DNA from: Zygnema circumcarinatum SAG 698-1b
Taxonomy: Eukaryota; Plantae; Zygnematophyceae
DNA length: 64,000 nucleotides
Assembly: GCA_037447605.1 (NCBI GenBank)
Contig: CM074823.1
Coordinates: 992,001 to 1,056,000 of the forward strand
Reading direction: 5' to 3'
Under the pieces are notes generated by a model. The model did not search any database. It had not been told where the DNA came from and saw only the letters and a program-made list of their open reading frames with translations. This document shows, in pieces, positions 22,301 through 52,530 of this stretch; positions within the stretch are counted from its first letter, which is position 1; every line of letters starts with the position of its first letter. A program made the position numbers and the translations under genes.

Positions 22301-24165
22301 TAAGATAAACGAAATGGACAGGCCCAAAGTGTCAGATGAAAGAAGGGATATCCGCAATGCGATCCGATGGGAGAGTCCGGGCTTATCCAAAGTGTCGCTT
22401 GTTGGCCGGGCAGGCGAAGGGTCGAAGAGCGCCGTAGCAACAGAGACAATCCCCGCATCGCCTAATCAACCGCCTGACGCATGTCGAACAGGCGTCCGAA
22501 GCGGAGGTGGCGGCGAGTATGCCGGACGCCGACAAGCACCTAATGCGACGTACGCGGTTCGGCCCGCAAAAGCTCCCAATCCCACCCAAAAACTAAGATT
22601 AATCACCGACGGGTCTCGCTGAACGGCGCCGGCCCCACCACGAGAGAGGCAAAATGTTCCAAAGGGGAAAAGAAGAAGGACATGCCATGCAGCAACATCG
22701 GATGGATCACATGCAAGACGAGCAAGAGGCAAACGCAAAGCATCACGGACACAAACACGCAAAGCCCGTGGGATACGAGCGTAAAGACGAGGACGACGGG
22801 ATCTGAATAAAACGACCTAAGGATATCTAAAGACCGAAAGATATCAAGCAGCTGGCTTGGGGTCTGACATGCAAAGCAGCACTGTGGGTGGCAAAGGATC
22901 TGCACAAGAAGAGGGAGTAGAAGAAGGGTCGACGATGGGAGGAGGGATCTAAGAGGACACGCCAAGATAAGGGCCGGACAAACCCAAGACCCTGACCAAA
23001 ACAATTTCCACAATGATCACAAGGAACCCGGGGGAGAGGCCTGGGGTGGGGCGAGCAGCAAGAGGGGAAGAAGGAAGAGGGGAAGAACGGACAGGAGGGG
23101 GAAGAACAACAGCAGATGACAAGGCAAGGGGGTGGGAAGGGGAAGGGGAACGAGAGGAGCGACGAAGAGGCATGACGAAGGAGAAGGAAATGGATGAGGG
23201 GAGGGAAGCGGGTTGGCGGGGAGGAGAAAGGGGAGGGAAGGGTAGGGAAGGGAAGGGAAGGGACGGGAAGGGGAGGGAGAGGAAAGGAAAGGAATGGCGA
23301 GAGGAATAAGGGTACGGAAAAGAAGGAAAGGGAAAGGATGGAAGGGATGGAAGCTTTGAAGGTAAAGGAAGGAGGGAAAGAAAGGAGGGGAGGCGGGGAG
23401 GAAAGGAAGGGAAGAGGAGGGAAGAGAAGGACAGGAAAGAGAAGAGAGAAGGGCGAAGAAAGGGGGGAATACGGGAAAGGAAGGGGATGGAAAGGAAGGA
23501 GGAGGGAAAGGAAAGGGAGGAGAAACGGGGAGGGAAGAGGGAAGGGAAGGGAAGGGAGAAGGGAAGGGGAGGGGAAGTGAGAAGGGGGGGGGGGAGAAGG
23601 AAAAGGAAGGGGCAGGACAAAGGAAGGGATTGGAAGGGAAGGGATAGGGGAACAGAGGTGGAGGAATAAGGAAAGGAAGGGAAGGGAAGGGACCAGGGAG
23701 GAGAAGGGAAGGGAGAAGGGAAAGGAAGGAGAAAACAAGCAGAAAAAGGATGGAAAGGGCATAAAAGGCGAGAGCAGCTCAAAAAGAAGAAGCACAAGGA
23801 CGAAGAGACGCAAAGGGGGAGACAAAAGGAAAAACGCAACACAGCAAGGCAAGCTACGGCAGAAAATGTCAGAAAACAAGGCGAGAAACGTTAGAACAGA
23901 AAAAACCGCAGCAAAATAGCAGCAAAACAGCCAAAAACAAAAAACAAAAAACAAAAAGAAGCACAAGCAACAAAAACAGAGCAATGCAGCAAGACACGCG
24001 ACAGAAAAACGCAAAGACAACGACGAGAGGCTGCCACGTGGCCGCGGCAGAGGCGGCGGCAGCAGGCGCAACGGTCGGAAGCGCCGTTCGCGGGGAAGGA
24101 TGGAAGGATGAAAAGGAAGGGAAGGGAAGCCATTAATACACGCGTTTGATACATACGGATCTATA
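19393..24165. mobile_element. hAT-like DNA transposon insertion (apparently non-autonomous), 4.77 kb
   Basis: Perfect 13-bp TIRs TATAGATCCGTAT (19393-19405) and ATACGGATCTATA (24153-24165), flanked by an 8-bp direct repeat GCTGGAGT (19385-19392 and 24166-24173). No intact transposase ORF seen. Confidence 0.75.
19900..23010 (-). mobile_element. Heavily degraded non-LTR (L1/Tx1-like) retrotransposon ORF2 remnant inside the TIR element
   Basis: Fragmentary, frame-shifted motif-like stretches on the minus strand: DPSVINL (RPISLLN-like), RGVFHPG (RGVRQG-like), YPYDALVWL (YADD-like), FDYKRGL and CGGGIRQRGVEFADLALIRW (GGLG...AL..KW-like). Individual assignments are ambiguous. Confidence 0.45.
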
Positions 24166-24835
24166 GCTGGAGTGGGCGGGAGGGAGTGAAGAGGCGGGGG
24201 GAGCCCAAAAAGTGGCCTTTTTAAGAAGTCAATATGGCGATATCGATACGATAATTGTCGTTATGCACACCATCCAAGGCTGAAACCACGCTACCGAAGT
24301 CAATAGTACATCTCAGCCGTTGGATTATTTCCATTTCAGCCGTTGTACAGTTTTTAACCGGGGCCGTTGGATGATTCTTTGCACGTGTGAGAGATGTGTG
24401 ATTGACCGTTGGATTCGAAGTTCTCCTCCGCCGGCGGCAAAAGGCAAAAAGTTGATGTGAGAGACATGAGCGTTCATGAATCGGAACAATGTGTGGAACT
24501 GAACACAGGTAAACCTAAAGACGAGCATGCGTCATGCATGGCCATGGGATGGGCACGGCATGAACAACATGAACAACACGAATGTGTGGCAAGGCATCTC
24601 ATATTCCTAACATAATTAGTGTTTGTGCTACTCATCTTTCTCATATAGAAATTTGATTATTTAGCCATTCCCTTAATCGATCCATGGAAGGACATTTCTT
24701 TCTCGATCAATTATATCGGGGCAGAGAAATTCCGGAAAATAATGCAACTCTGAGGCAGATGCAACCCCATCCAAAACACCTTTGTTTGCGTTTTCATTAC
24801 CTTAAATATCTTTGACAGTGAATGGGGGACGGAAA

Positions 24836-25402
24836 GGAAGAGAGACGGAGAGGGAGAGGGAGAGGGAGAGGGAGAGGGAGAGGGAGAGGGAGAGGGAGAG
24901 GGAGAGGAAGAGGCAGAGGCAGAGGCAGAGGCAGAGGGAGAGGCAGAGGGAGGTGGAGAGGGAGAGGGAGAGGGAGAGGGAGAGGAGAGGCAGAGGCAGA
25001 GGCAGGGGCAGAGGCAGAGGGAGAGGCAGAGGGAGGTGGAGAGGGAGAGGGAGAGGGAGAGGGAGAGGCAGAGGCAGAGGCAGGGGCAGAGGCAGAGGGA
25101 GAGGCAGAGGGAGGTGGAGAGGGAGAGGGAGAGGGAGAGGGAGAGGCAGAGGCAGAGGCAGAGGCAGGGGCAGAGGCAGAGGGAGAGGCAGAGGGAGGTG
25201 GAGAGGGAGAGGGAGAGGGAGAGGGAGAGGCAGAGGCAGAGGCAGGGGCAGAGGCAGAGGGAGAGGCAGAGGGAGGTGGAGAGGGAGAGGAAGAGGGAGA
25301 GGAGAGGCAGAGGCAGAGGCAGGGGCAGAGGCAGAGGGAGAGGCAGAGGGAGGTGGAGAGGGAGGGGGAGAGGGAGAGGCAGAGGCAGAGGCAGAGGGAG
25401 AG
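24836..25402. repeat. Hexamer-based (GAGAGG/GCAGAG) satellite with ~60-bp higher-order periodicity
   Basis: Direct reading of tandem units. Confidence 0.85.
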
Positions 25403-25778
25403 GGACTAAAATTAACCTTTGTTGCGAGGGTTCTGTCAGTTCTGAAAGAGGTCAACAGCCTGGGCCAAGTATTCGAGTTGGAATGAGTGTATGCATGCAC
25501 CATAATACCAACCAGAAAAAGTTCAACGTCATGTATAAAACAAATAAACCTTATAAACCTTATGACCCAAAAAACTTTATGTCTGAACAAATCAAATATA
25601 TATCGAATTCAATATTTTGTCACATTAAGTCACGGCTTACTAACGAGGAATGTATGCCCCGAAAGGGCCCCAATGATCGTCGGCGGTAGCGTGACGAGTG
25701 TCACGTGCGATGCCGCCGTTTGTACACAATGTACGGACCACATGCATGTGCTTGCAAAGCCGCCGGCGCCGCCCCGTC

Positions 25779-33304
<7,526 letters not shown>

Positions 33305-33559
33305 TGTGACGGGGAGGGAGGGTGAGAGGGTGGGAGAGCGAGGGGAAGGGGAAAGGAGAGAGAGAGAGAGAGGAGAGGAGAGGGTTGGGGGAGATGAAGG
33401 GGGAGAGAGGGTGGGAGAGAGAGGGAGGAGAGTGGTGGGGGAGAGAGGAGAGGGGGTGGGCGAGGGAGAGAGGGAGTGAGGGAGAGAGGGAGTGAGGGAG
33501 AGAGAGGGCGGAGGGAGAGCGTGGATGGGAGAGAGAATTAACTGTTCGTGTGTGGAAGA

Positions 33560-33860
33560 GGAAGGGGCGCGCCGAGTGGCCAGCGCGGCGAGTGGTCAAC
33601 ACGCGCCATTGGCCGGCTCCTCTGGGGTTTCTCCAATCGGCGTGCGCCACGTGGCAGCTAGGTCGGCGGCGCAAAAGTAGTTGCAGGCTGCGGTCGGTGG
33701 CTGTGAGGCGACGTGGCACCAGGACCGCCATCGTGGCATCAAGACGGAGGAAGACCGCCACGTGGCTGCGCACGATTGGTGAATGCCATCACTTTTCACA
33801 GACGTGGTATCCACGTCGGTGCCACGTCGATATCCCGTCAGCTCTCCGTGGAACCCGGGC
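33560..33860 (-). promoter_or_regulatory. G-box/ACGT-rich proximal promoter of FkbM-A
   Basis: GCCACGTGGC, GACGTGGCAC, GCCACGTGGCT, GACGTGGTATCCACGTC and GCCACGTCG, plus CCAAT/ATTGG boxes, about 250-550 bp upstream of the ATG. Confidence 0.5.
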
Positions 33861-34569
33861 CGGCGACGACGCGAAAACGGTCCATGGACTTTAGGGTTTT
33901 GAGGGTTTACGGCTTTTGGAAAAAAAGTTGTTGAACTCAGAAGCAGATTTCCGTTGACTGTAAAACCAGCGAGGTTGAGAAAAAAATAAATAAATTTGGC
34001 TTCTCAAAAAAAATAAAACTTTTAAAACCAGTTTCGGAAAAAAAAGACCATATGTTTGTGAACACGATTTATTTTGAGAAATGAGAAATGAATTTCTACT
34101 ATTTTTTTTCTCAATACAATTTTTATGGAGAACCAGTTCAGCATTAAACAATTAATTATCGTTCGTCGTCAATTTGAGCTTTCTTGGGGTCCACCGACCA
34201 ACAATGAGATTTAAGTGGATCGCAAAGCACGTGGACCCAGGCGTCAGTATAGATATTGTTGATCTCCTCTGTTCAAGAGTCGTACGGAAACAATGAGCTC
34301 CGGGTTAACCGGACTTCTCGAATAGCAAGGAATCAACAGTGGAACCAAAAAGTGGAATGCACACATGCGACCTAACCAATTGAATCTTTGAACTTTCCTT
34401 TAAAACTTTTCGCTTTCGTAAATCGAAAAGTTTCGATCTCGAGTGTTCAAAGTTCAACCGTAATATTCAATCAAATTGAGAATTGAGAAAGTAAGTAAAC
34501 TCGTTCTTAATTTTCGAACCTGTTTGGTTTTATGGTATAGGCTTTTCTCTCTTATCCTTGGATCCTTCG

Positions 34570-34740
34570 TGGCCGATTCGTCGTGGTTCCTTTGCGGCTG
34601 ATTCTCCGTGGTTCCTTTCTGGCCGATTCCTCGTGGTTCCTTTGTGGCCGATTCCTCGTGGTTCCTTTGTGGCCGATTTGTCTTGGTTTCTATGTGACCA
34701 ATTCCTCGTGGTTCCTTTGTGGCCGATTCCTCGTGATGCC
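34570..34740. repeat. 25-bp minisatellite (TGGCCGATTCCTCGTGGTTCCTTTG), about 7 copies
   Basis: Units start at 34570, 34595, 34620, 34645, 34670, 34695 and 34720. Confidence 0.92.
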
Positions 34741-35086
34741 CAAGGAATCACGAGTTTTCAAACAACAGCAGGTAGAGATGACCTGGCGATCTGTCCAGGC
34801 TGGCGTCCACGTGGCAGCACATGACTGGCGCAACGAATTTTGCGTCAACACTAGAAAAGAATTGTCACATGTGAACCAAAATTTGGTCCACATTTTTTAC
34901 TTCCACGGGAAAAAACTAAAGGCTGACGTGGCACTGTTGAGACTGGGCTCTCCTTGGACCTGCCCTTGTTATTTTCAATTTATTTCAAGCAACAGCCAAT
35001 CAAAACTTGCCACGTGTATAAATTTTCTAACGTGGCTGATTGTAATTGGTCCAACCTAGGACAGTTCCATGGAGCCGCACTCGCCC

Positions 35087-38000
35087 TCAGTTCAATGCAT
35101 TGCACGCTGTACGGAAATAAGCCGTCAGTTTAGCGTTCCGTCGGCTGGAACACGCCACGTTGGACCATGTGCGCATTTCATAGGAACGGTCCCAACAGCC
35201 CGTGAGACATAGAACTGCGTTCCTCGTGGTTTCATCTGCGGAAGACGAACCAGGAACAGGTGACGTACAGCTTTTAACGTGACTTCATCAAGGGCATAAA
35301 CCAAATACATAAATTCGATTGACTTCATAGGAATCAGGAGCACATACGGATTCAAAAGACTTTATCGAGGTTAGCAAGAAAAGTAGCGGAGAATGCGAGT
35401 GGGAGAAAGGAGTGGGAAAGGCGAGAGTGAGAGAGAGGGAGAGGGAGAGGGAGAGGGAGAGGGAGAGGGAGAGGGAGGGAGAGGGAGAAAAAGGGCGAGG
35501 GAGAGAGCGAGGGAGAGAGAGAGAGAGGGAGAGAGAGGGAGAGAGAGGGAGGGAGAGACAGAGAGGAAGAAAAGGGAGGGAGAGAGAGGGGGAGAGAGAA
35601 AGGGAGAGCAGGGGAAAGACAGAGAGAGAGAGAGAGGGGGAGAGAGAGAGAGAGAGAGGGAGAGAGAGGGAGAGAGAGAGAGAGAGAGAGGGGGAGAGGG
35701 AGTGGGAGAGAGAGAGACGAGTTTTCTTGGCGCAAGTCTAACCTTGCCAGAGCATAAGGAAGCAGTCATAGCCCAACGAGTCCAACCACTCCACCACATC
35801 TTGGAGACGAAATTTGGCCCATCGTCCAATGTAGTGATATTCAAACTCCACCAATTCAATTTTATTTGCATTTAGGGCCCTTTCAGAGCCGAACAGCACC
35901 AAGGGATCGTGCCTGCAAAAGACTCAAGCTTTTCCGGTGTTAAATTTAGGGTTTTTAAGGGGTTTTAGGGTTCAGAGGAGGGGGGGGGGGGGGNNNNNNN
36001 NNNGGGGGAGAGGGGGAGTGAGGAGAAAATACAAGTCAAGGAAGAGTTTTTGGCTGATAAAATTATGTTTCGGTATCCTGATGAAGAAGCAGCTTCTCTA
36101 TAAGTATAAGCTGCAAACTCGGGAATAAACTGAGGGTGTTAAATTTAGGGTTTTTCAGGGTTTTTAGAGTTTAGAGGGGGGGGAGGGCGGGGGGGAGGGG
36201 AGAGGGGGAGCGAGGGAGGGTGTTAAATTTAAAGTTTTTTAGGGTTTTAGGGGGGGAAGGGGAGGGAAGGGGGTGAGGGGGGAGGGGTAGAAGGGGGGAA
36301 AGGGGGAGGGGGTGGGAAGTGGGAAGTGGGAGTGGAAGGGGGGGGAGAGGGAGGGAGGGGAAGTGGGAAGGGGAAGGAAAAAAAGGGAAACCAAGGGAGG
36401 GGAGTGTGGAGGGGAGAGGGGTACGGAAAGGGGCTGGGGGGGTGTGGTGGGGAAGAGGGGAGGGGGAGGAGAAGTGGGAGAAGGGGGGAGAGAGGGGGTA
36501 GGAGGTAGGGGAGGAGGGGGGGTAGTGGGAGCTGCGGGTGTAGGAGGGGACGAGGGGAGAGGGAGAGGGAGAGTGTGGGCGTACCCTTCCGTGTCAATCA
36601 TGAGGTAGTGAATGTGGTCAATTCTGTGTTCCTCCATGAACTCATCCACTGTGAAGATGCGAACATCAACATTTCTCCCTCTGTGGTGACCAACTGCCGC
36701 ACGTGTGAAACCCAACCTAAAAAGACCCAAACTCGCCCACAAAGAGTGTGAGAGCCTAGAAACCCTAAAACCCCCCTCCCCTCTATCTCTCTCAACTCAA
36801 ATGTGGCGGCAATATAGAGGTAATAGGGGTATAATAGAAGCAGCAATGCATATAAACAATGTCGACAAGCAATGTTCGGAAGAAAAACTATATATTTTAG
36901 GGCAACATTTGAGCCGTACGTTGTGACAGGGAAGGCGACAAAACCGCTTTCGTTGGCGGCTGCAGCATTAAGAAGTGTCATTTTCTCATATCCAGACCAA
37001 GCCTGCACCCCTCTCCTCCTCGTCAAACAATGGAGGGAGAGGGGGGAGGGGGAGGGGNNNNNNNNNNGGGAGGGGGAGGGGGAGGGGGAGGAAGAGAGAA
37101 TTCCTTTGATTTGTCCTCCAAGTTCTCTCTTAGACCACCCCTCGTCTTCACGCATTGTCTATTTCGAGCATAGCGGCGAGAGATGAAAATCCAAGAAAAA
37201 TAAAAGAACCCTAGAATCCTCAAACCCTTAACCTAAAATACGAAACCCTAAATTGAAAATTTAAATAAAGTATCATTTTTTTTCTTTTTAAATAAAAGCC
37301 GCACCTTCATTTCCGCAAGAAGCTTGAAATTTGTGATGCTTGGCTCCATTGCGTATATATGGACCCCCCGATCCGACTCCATAATTTTTGAAGCGCCTAA
37401 AATCCCACATCCTAAAAAGGCGAATTACAACCAACCAGAGCTTGCCACGTGGCCAGACGAAAAACGACAAAACAACAACCTTCTGTTCCTTTGGCCGCTC
37501 GCTCGCTCACTATTCGAAAAGCTGAGAACGAAACATAGCCGAAATTTGTCCATAAAAAAAAAACAAAAAAACCTCAATTGTCAAACTTCGAAGAACAGGA
37601 TTTTGCTTGCTTCAATGTTTTTTTTCTTGTTTTGCTGTTTTTTTTTTTTTTTTTCACATTTTTCACCTGTAGATTTTGATGGCTCTGAGTGGCAGTCCCC
37701 ACACGCTCCGCAAAGGCCGCTTGTTTCTCCTCCTTTTTGCTCTTTATATTTTGACCTTAAGTAACTCCCCCACTCTCTTGGCCCCTTCGAGTTGGATAAG
37801 TCCCACTCCTTTAACCATGCAACCAGGTTATAACCTGCGCAAAAATTAGAAACTTAGAAAAGGAAATTACTCAAGACATCACTAAAAGACTGTACCATGC
37901 GTGGTTTATGCACCCTAAAAACCCAAAAAACCCCAAAAACCCTAAAACGCGAAAAACCCTAAAGACCCTAAAAACCCTAAAACCCTAAATCCCTAAAAAC

Positions 38001-39420
38001 GCTAAAAACCCTAAAAACCCTAAACCCTAAAAACCCTAAAACACCGCATGGTATTGTGAGATGGGTTTTCTTCCCTCACCTTTGTTGGCTCCAATGTTGA
38101 CTAAAGTGACTAACTGCTCTGAGGGGTCCCATAGTGTGGTCAGAAACGATTCAAGGCCCTCCAAATGGCCGCATCCGAGATACTTTGTTCCCTTTATTTG
38201 CAGGGGTCGAAACTTTTTCCAAAGTCTTTTGAAAGACTCCGTCTGCTTAGTTCTGGTTTCCTCTGAACATACTTCGGAAGGAAGAAAGAAACAGGCAGAA
38301 GAGTAGAGAGATAAGTTTCAAGAAAGAGAAGCCGGAAACTTGGTTAAGGAAATGGTAATTCTGATAGTTTCATGATGATATATGAGTTCAGAAACAAAAG
38401 CGCCTAGGCCATAGGGCCATAGGGCCATAGGGTCTAGGGTCTAGGGGCTAGGGCCTCTATTAGACGATGATTCAGTTTGCTCTACTATGCAGTTAGGGCC
38501 TGTTCTTGGATGTAGGTTTCAGCCAAAGCAGAACAGTTTGACTTAGTTTCAAATCATTGCTTCACTCATNNNNNNNNNNGAGGGAGGGAGGGAGGGAGGG
38601 AGGGAGGGAGGGAGGGATATATTGTCACCAGTTCTGCTGATGCTTGATGTAGGCTGAACCCGAGGAACCGATGTGAGGATACTCGAACAAAGGAAATCAG
38701 CCTGCTCCTTCTTTGTTTCTGCATGCCTCTGCATGCGCCGTGTTAGTGAGCGGGTTTTTCCACTTCCTAGCTCACAAAAACCGAAAACTCCAAAGCCGAA
38801 GCATTTCCTTAAACCCCAACAAACCAAAAGACGCCAAACAACCTAAAAGCCCCCCAAAGCCCTACAATCCCTAGTAAACCCTAAACCCCAAAACGGCAAA
38901 AATCGAACAACCCCTCGAAAGTATGAGGAGGACATGTAAAGAAAATCAAGATTCACTGAATGTACAGATCGGCGCTAAACTGAGATTATAGAAATCAAAT
39001 GCTCACCCGCATTGAGTTTGCTCCGCGGAGAACAATAAAGCGTCACGTCACCTGCATCCGTGCAGGACGACACCGGACAGCATTCAGTTTCAGTTTCAGT
39101 TTCAGTTCAAAAGGATGGTCCAACTCTCCTGAAACTGAACTGAACGCAGCAGCATAGAACACCAGCCATCCTGCGAAGCTCTCTCCCCACTTCTTACCCT
39201 TATCAATCCCTTCTTGCATTAACTCAAACGAACGGAGTTCCATGGTCTCCTGCGTTCTCCATTTAACTGAAAACGGTAACCAGTTTCCCTGTTGTCCGTA
39301 CACATCTGAGGCGTACAAAAGAGTCAGGATCAGAAAAGAAGAGAGAAGAAGCCCCGCCCATGCGAGAGTCGAGGAGACCTTCAGACAGGAAAGGGGCCTG
39401 CTCTCTGATGAGGAGCTCAT
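35087..39420 (-). CDS. FkbM-family SAM-dependent methyltransferase with N-terminal signal anchor, copy B (~453 aa)
   Basis: complement(join(35087..35235,35743..35912,36585..36716,36920..37002,37305..37411,37667..37834,38080..38271,38629..38766,39198..39420)), 1362 nt in frame. Exon sizes 223/192/168/83/132/170 match copy A. Motifs: VNIGANKGYN, LCGACGDC, HIYAMEPS, LMIDTEGHDPLVLFGS, LTGCWD...WSNVAC. Confidence 0.85.
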
Positions 39421-41224
39421 TGAGAGANNNNNNNNNNGGGAGGGAGGGAGGGAGAGAGGGAGGGAGGGAGGGAAAGAGCGAGGGAGGGATGGAGAGAGGG
39501 TGGGAGGGAGGGAGGGAGAGAGGGAGAGAGGGAGGGAGAGAGGGAGAGAGGGAGGGAGAGAAAGCGGGAGGGAGGGACGGAGGGAGAGAGAGAGGGAGAG
39601 AGGGAGGGAGGGAGAGAGGGAGGGAGGGAGGGAGGGAGAAAGCGAGGGAGGGAGGGGGAGAAGGAGGGAGAGAGCGAGGGAGGGAGAGAGAGAGATAGGG
39701 AAAGGGAGGGAGATGGAGAGGAAGAGAGAGGGAGAGAGAGAGATAGGGAAAGGGAAAGGGAGGGAGAGGGAGAGGGAGGGAGAGAGGGAGGGAGGGAGAG
39801 AGAGAGGAAGAGAGAGAGATAGGGAAAGAGATAGGGAGGGGGAGAGGGAGGGAGGGAGAGAAAGATATAGGGAAAGGGAGGGAGAGGGAGAGGGAGAGAG
39901 TGGGAGAGGGAGAGGGAGAGAACAGGTTGGGGGGGAGATAGATAGGGCGAGATAGATAGGGAGAAAGAGAGATAGATACGGAGAGAGAGAGACGGAGAGA
40001 GAAATTAGAGGTGGGGGGAGAGAGAGATGTAGGAAGAGCGAGAGAGGGAGAGGGAGTGAGAGATGGAGGGACGGAGAGGGAGAGGGAGAAAGAGGGAGAT
40101 AGGGAGAGGGGGAGAGAAATTGGGTGAGAGGTGCGAGGGCGGCAGCCAGTCTCCCAGAGCGTGACGTCATGCCTACATATACGAGCCTTTACTACGCGCA
40201 CACCCGAGGAGGTGGTTCGACAGCCAAAAATCTTCGGCAACCAGTCAGCGGTCGTAGCCGACATTTACTCGTGTGCTGAGACGCGCCGATTGGCCGGACA
40301 ACCTCGCAGTTGTCAGAACCAATGGAAGTAGCAATGTGACAGCAGCGTTTTGTCCTTTTATCTGCGGCAATAGCATCTCGCCACGTGTCCATTCGGGTTA
40401 TTAGACAGAAACAAGCACCGACCACGATGGTTTCGTACAGTTATTTGTCGTATCCACTGGACCTGTCGGGCCGCTATGATTGGCTGCTACCAAATTTCAA
40501 AATTTTCAAATTTTCAAATTTCAAAATTTTCAAATTTTCAAATTTCAAAATTTCAAATGTTTCAATTTTCCTGGCAGCGCCAACAACAACAACAACAACA
40601 AAAACTTGGAGGAACCATGAGGACCCGGACGCTCTCAAAGGACCCAAGGACACTAGAAGGTCGCTGTGAGTGAAAACATTCTTGAGAAACACTATTGCTG
40701 TTTTAAGTTCAAACTTTTGAAAGGTACTTTTTTTCTAACCCTAAAAAACTATCATTAACAACATCTTGTTTTTGATTGACTCAAAGCGAGGATGGAGAGC
40801 CTCACATTTACTATTGAAAAGGTCCGTGTTACAGCGACAGCCGTACATAGAACAATTCCACAACGGTACCCAACAGTATACCTTAAACCCTAAACCCTAA
40901 ATTCCCTGAAGTCCAAAAGGGTTGAGGCGTGTCAGACACCCCCTCAGCATAAAACACAAAATTTGCATACATAAAATAAAATTAAAAATAAAAATAAAAT
41001 TTGTACCCTAATAACCTAAACACGAAAAAAAAAAACCCTAATTTCACCCATTACGAAATTCAGCAAATTGGGAGCCCTCCATGCGATGACATGTCCCATG
41101 TACAAACTCACAATCGCATGCACTTTTCCAATTTCACGGTTTGAACCCTCGTCTTCATTTTGGGTGACTCGGCGATCAGAATGTATCAGAGAATCAGTAT
41201 CAGAATCAGAATCAGAATCAGAGA

Positions 41225-41600
41225 ATGTATGCTATGTATGTATGTATGTATGGATGTATGTATGTATGTATGGATGTATGTATGTATGTATGGATGTATG
41301 TAAGTATGTATGTATGGATGTATGTATGTATGTATGGATGTATGTATGTATGTATGGATGTATGTATGTATGTATGTATGTATGTATGTATGTATGTATG
41401 TATGTATGTATGTATGTATGTATGTATGGATGTATGTATGTATGTATGGATGTATGTATGTATGTATGGATGTATGTATGTATGTATGGATGTATGTACG
41501 TATGTATGGATGTATGTATGTATGTATGGATGTATGTATGTATGTATGGATGTATGTACGTATGTATGGATGTATGAAAGCATGTATATATGTATGTATG
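41225..41600. repeat. (TATG)n/(TATGGATG) tetranucleotide microsatellite
   Basis: Direct reading. Confidence 0.95.
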
Positions 41601-41895
41601 GAGACAATCCAACACCAATGAATGGTTCTGAGTAAAGAAAGGAAGGTCTCTCTAAGTGGGGCTCTCTCCCCCCCCCTCCCCCCCCACTTAAGTCGGTAAA
41701 GTACAACATCAGCGACTCGAACATGAATACATAACTTCATAACTTAATAAAAAAATTGAGCCATGCTGTACTCGCTGCTTGAGCTTTGTCGGAACTGCGG
41801 CTCTTCCTCTACTTCAGTGGGAGAGGGCACTAGAACACCCTTGCACCCTTTCCCTATTATATAAAATCAATGCCTCCCACTCTCTCCCAATGTCC

Positions 41896-52530
<10,635 letters not shown>

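Noticed and set aside
24409-25689. Possible small plus-strand gene (ATG and CAG|GTAAAC donor near 24510; ORF ending 25689)
   Set aside because: No recognisable protein and no convincing exon chain; most of the frame is satellite.
34570-34740. CRISPR-like array
   Set aside because: The units are contiguous with no unique spacers, the context is eukaryotic and there are no cas genes; it is a minisatellite.
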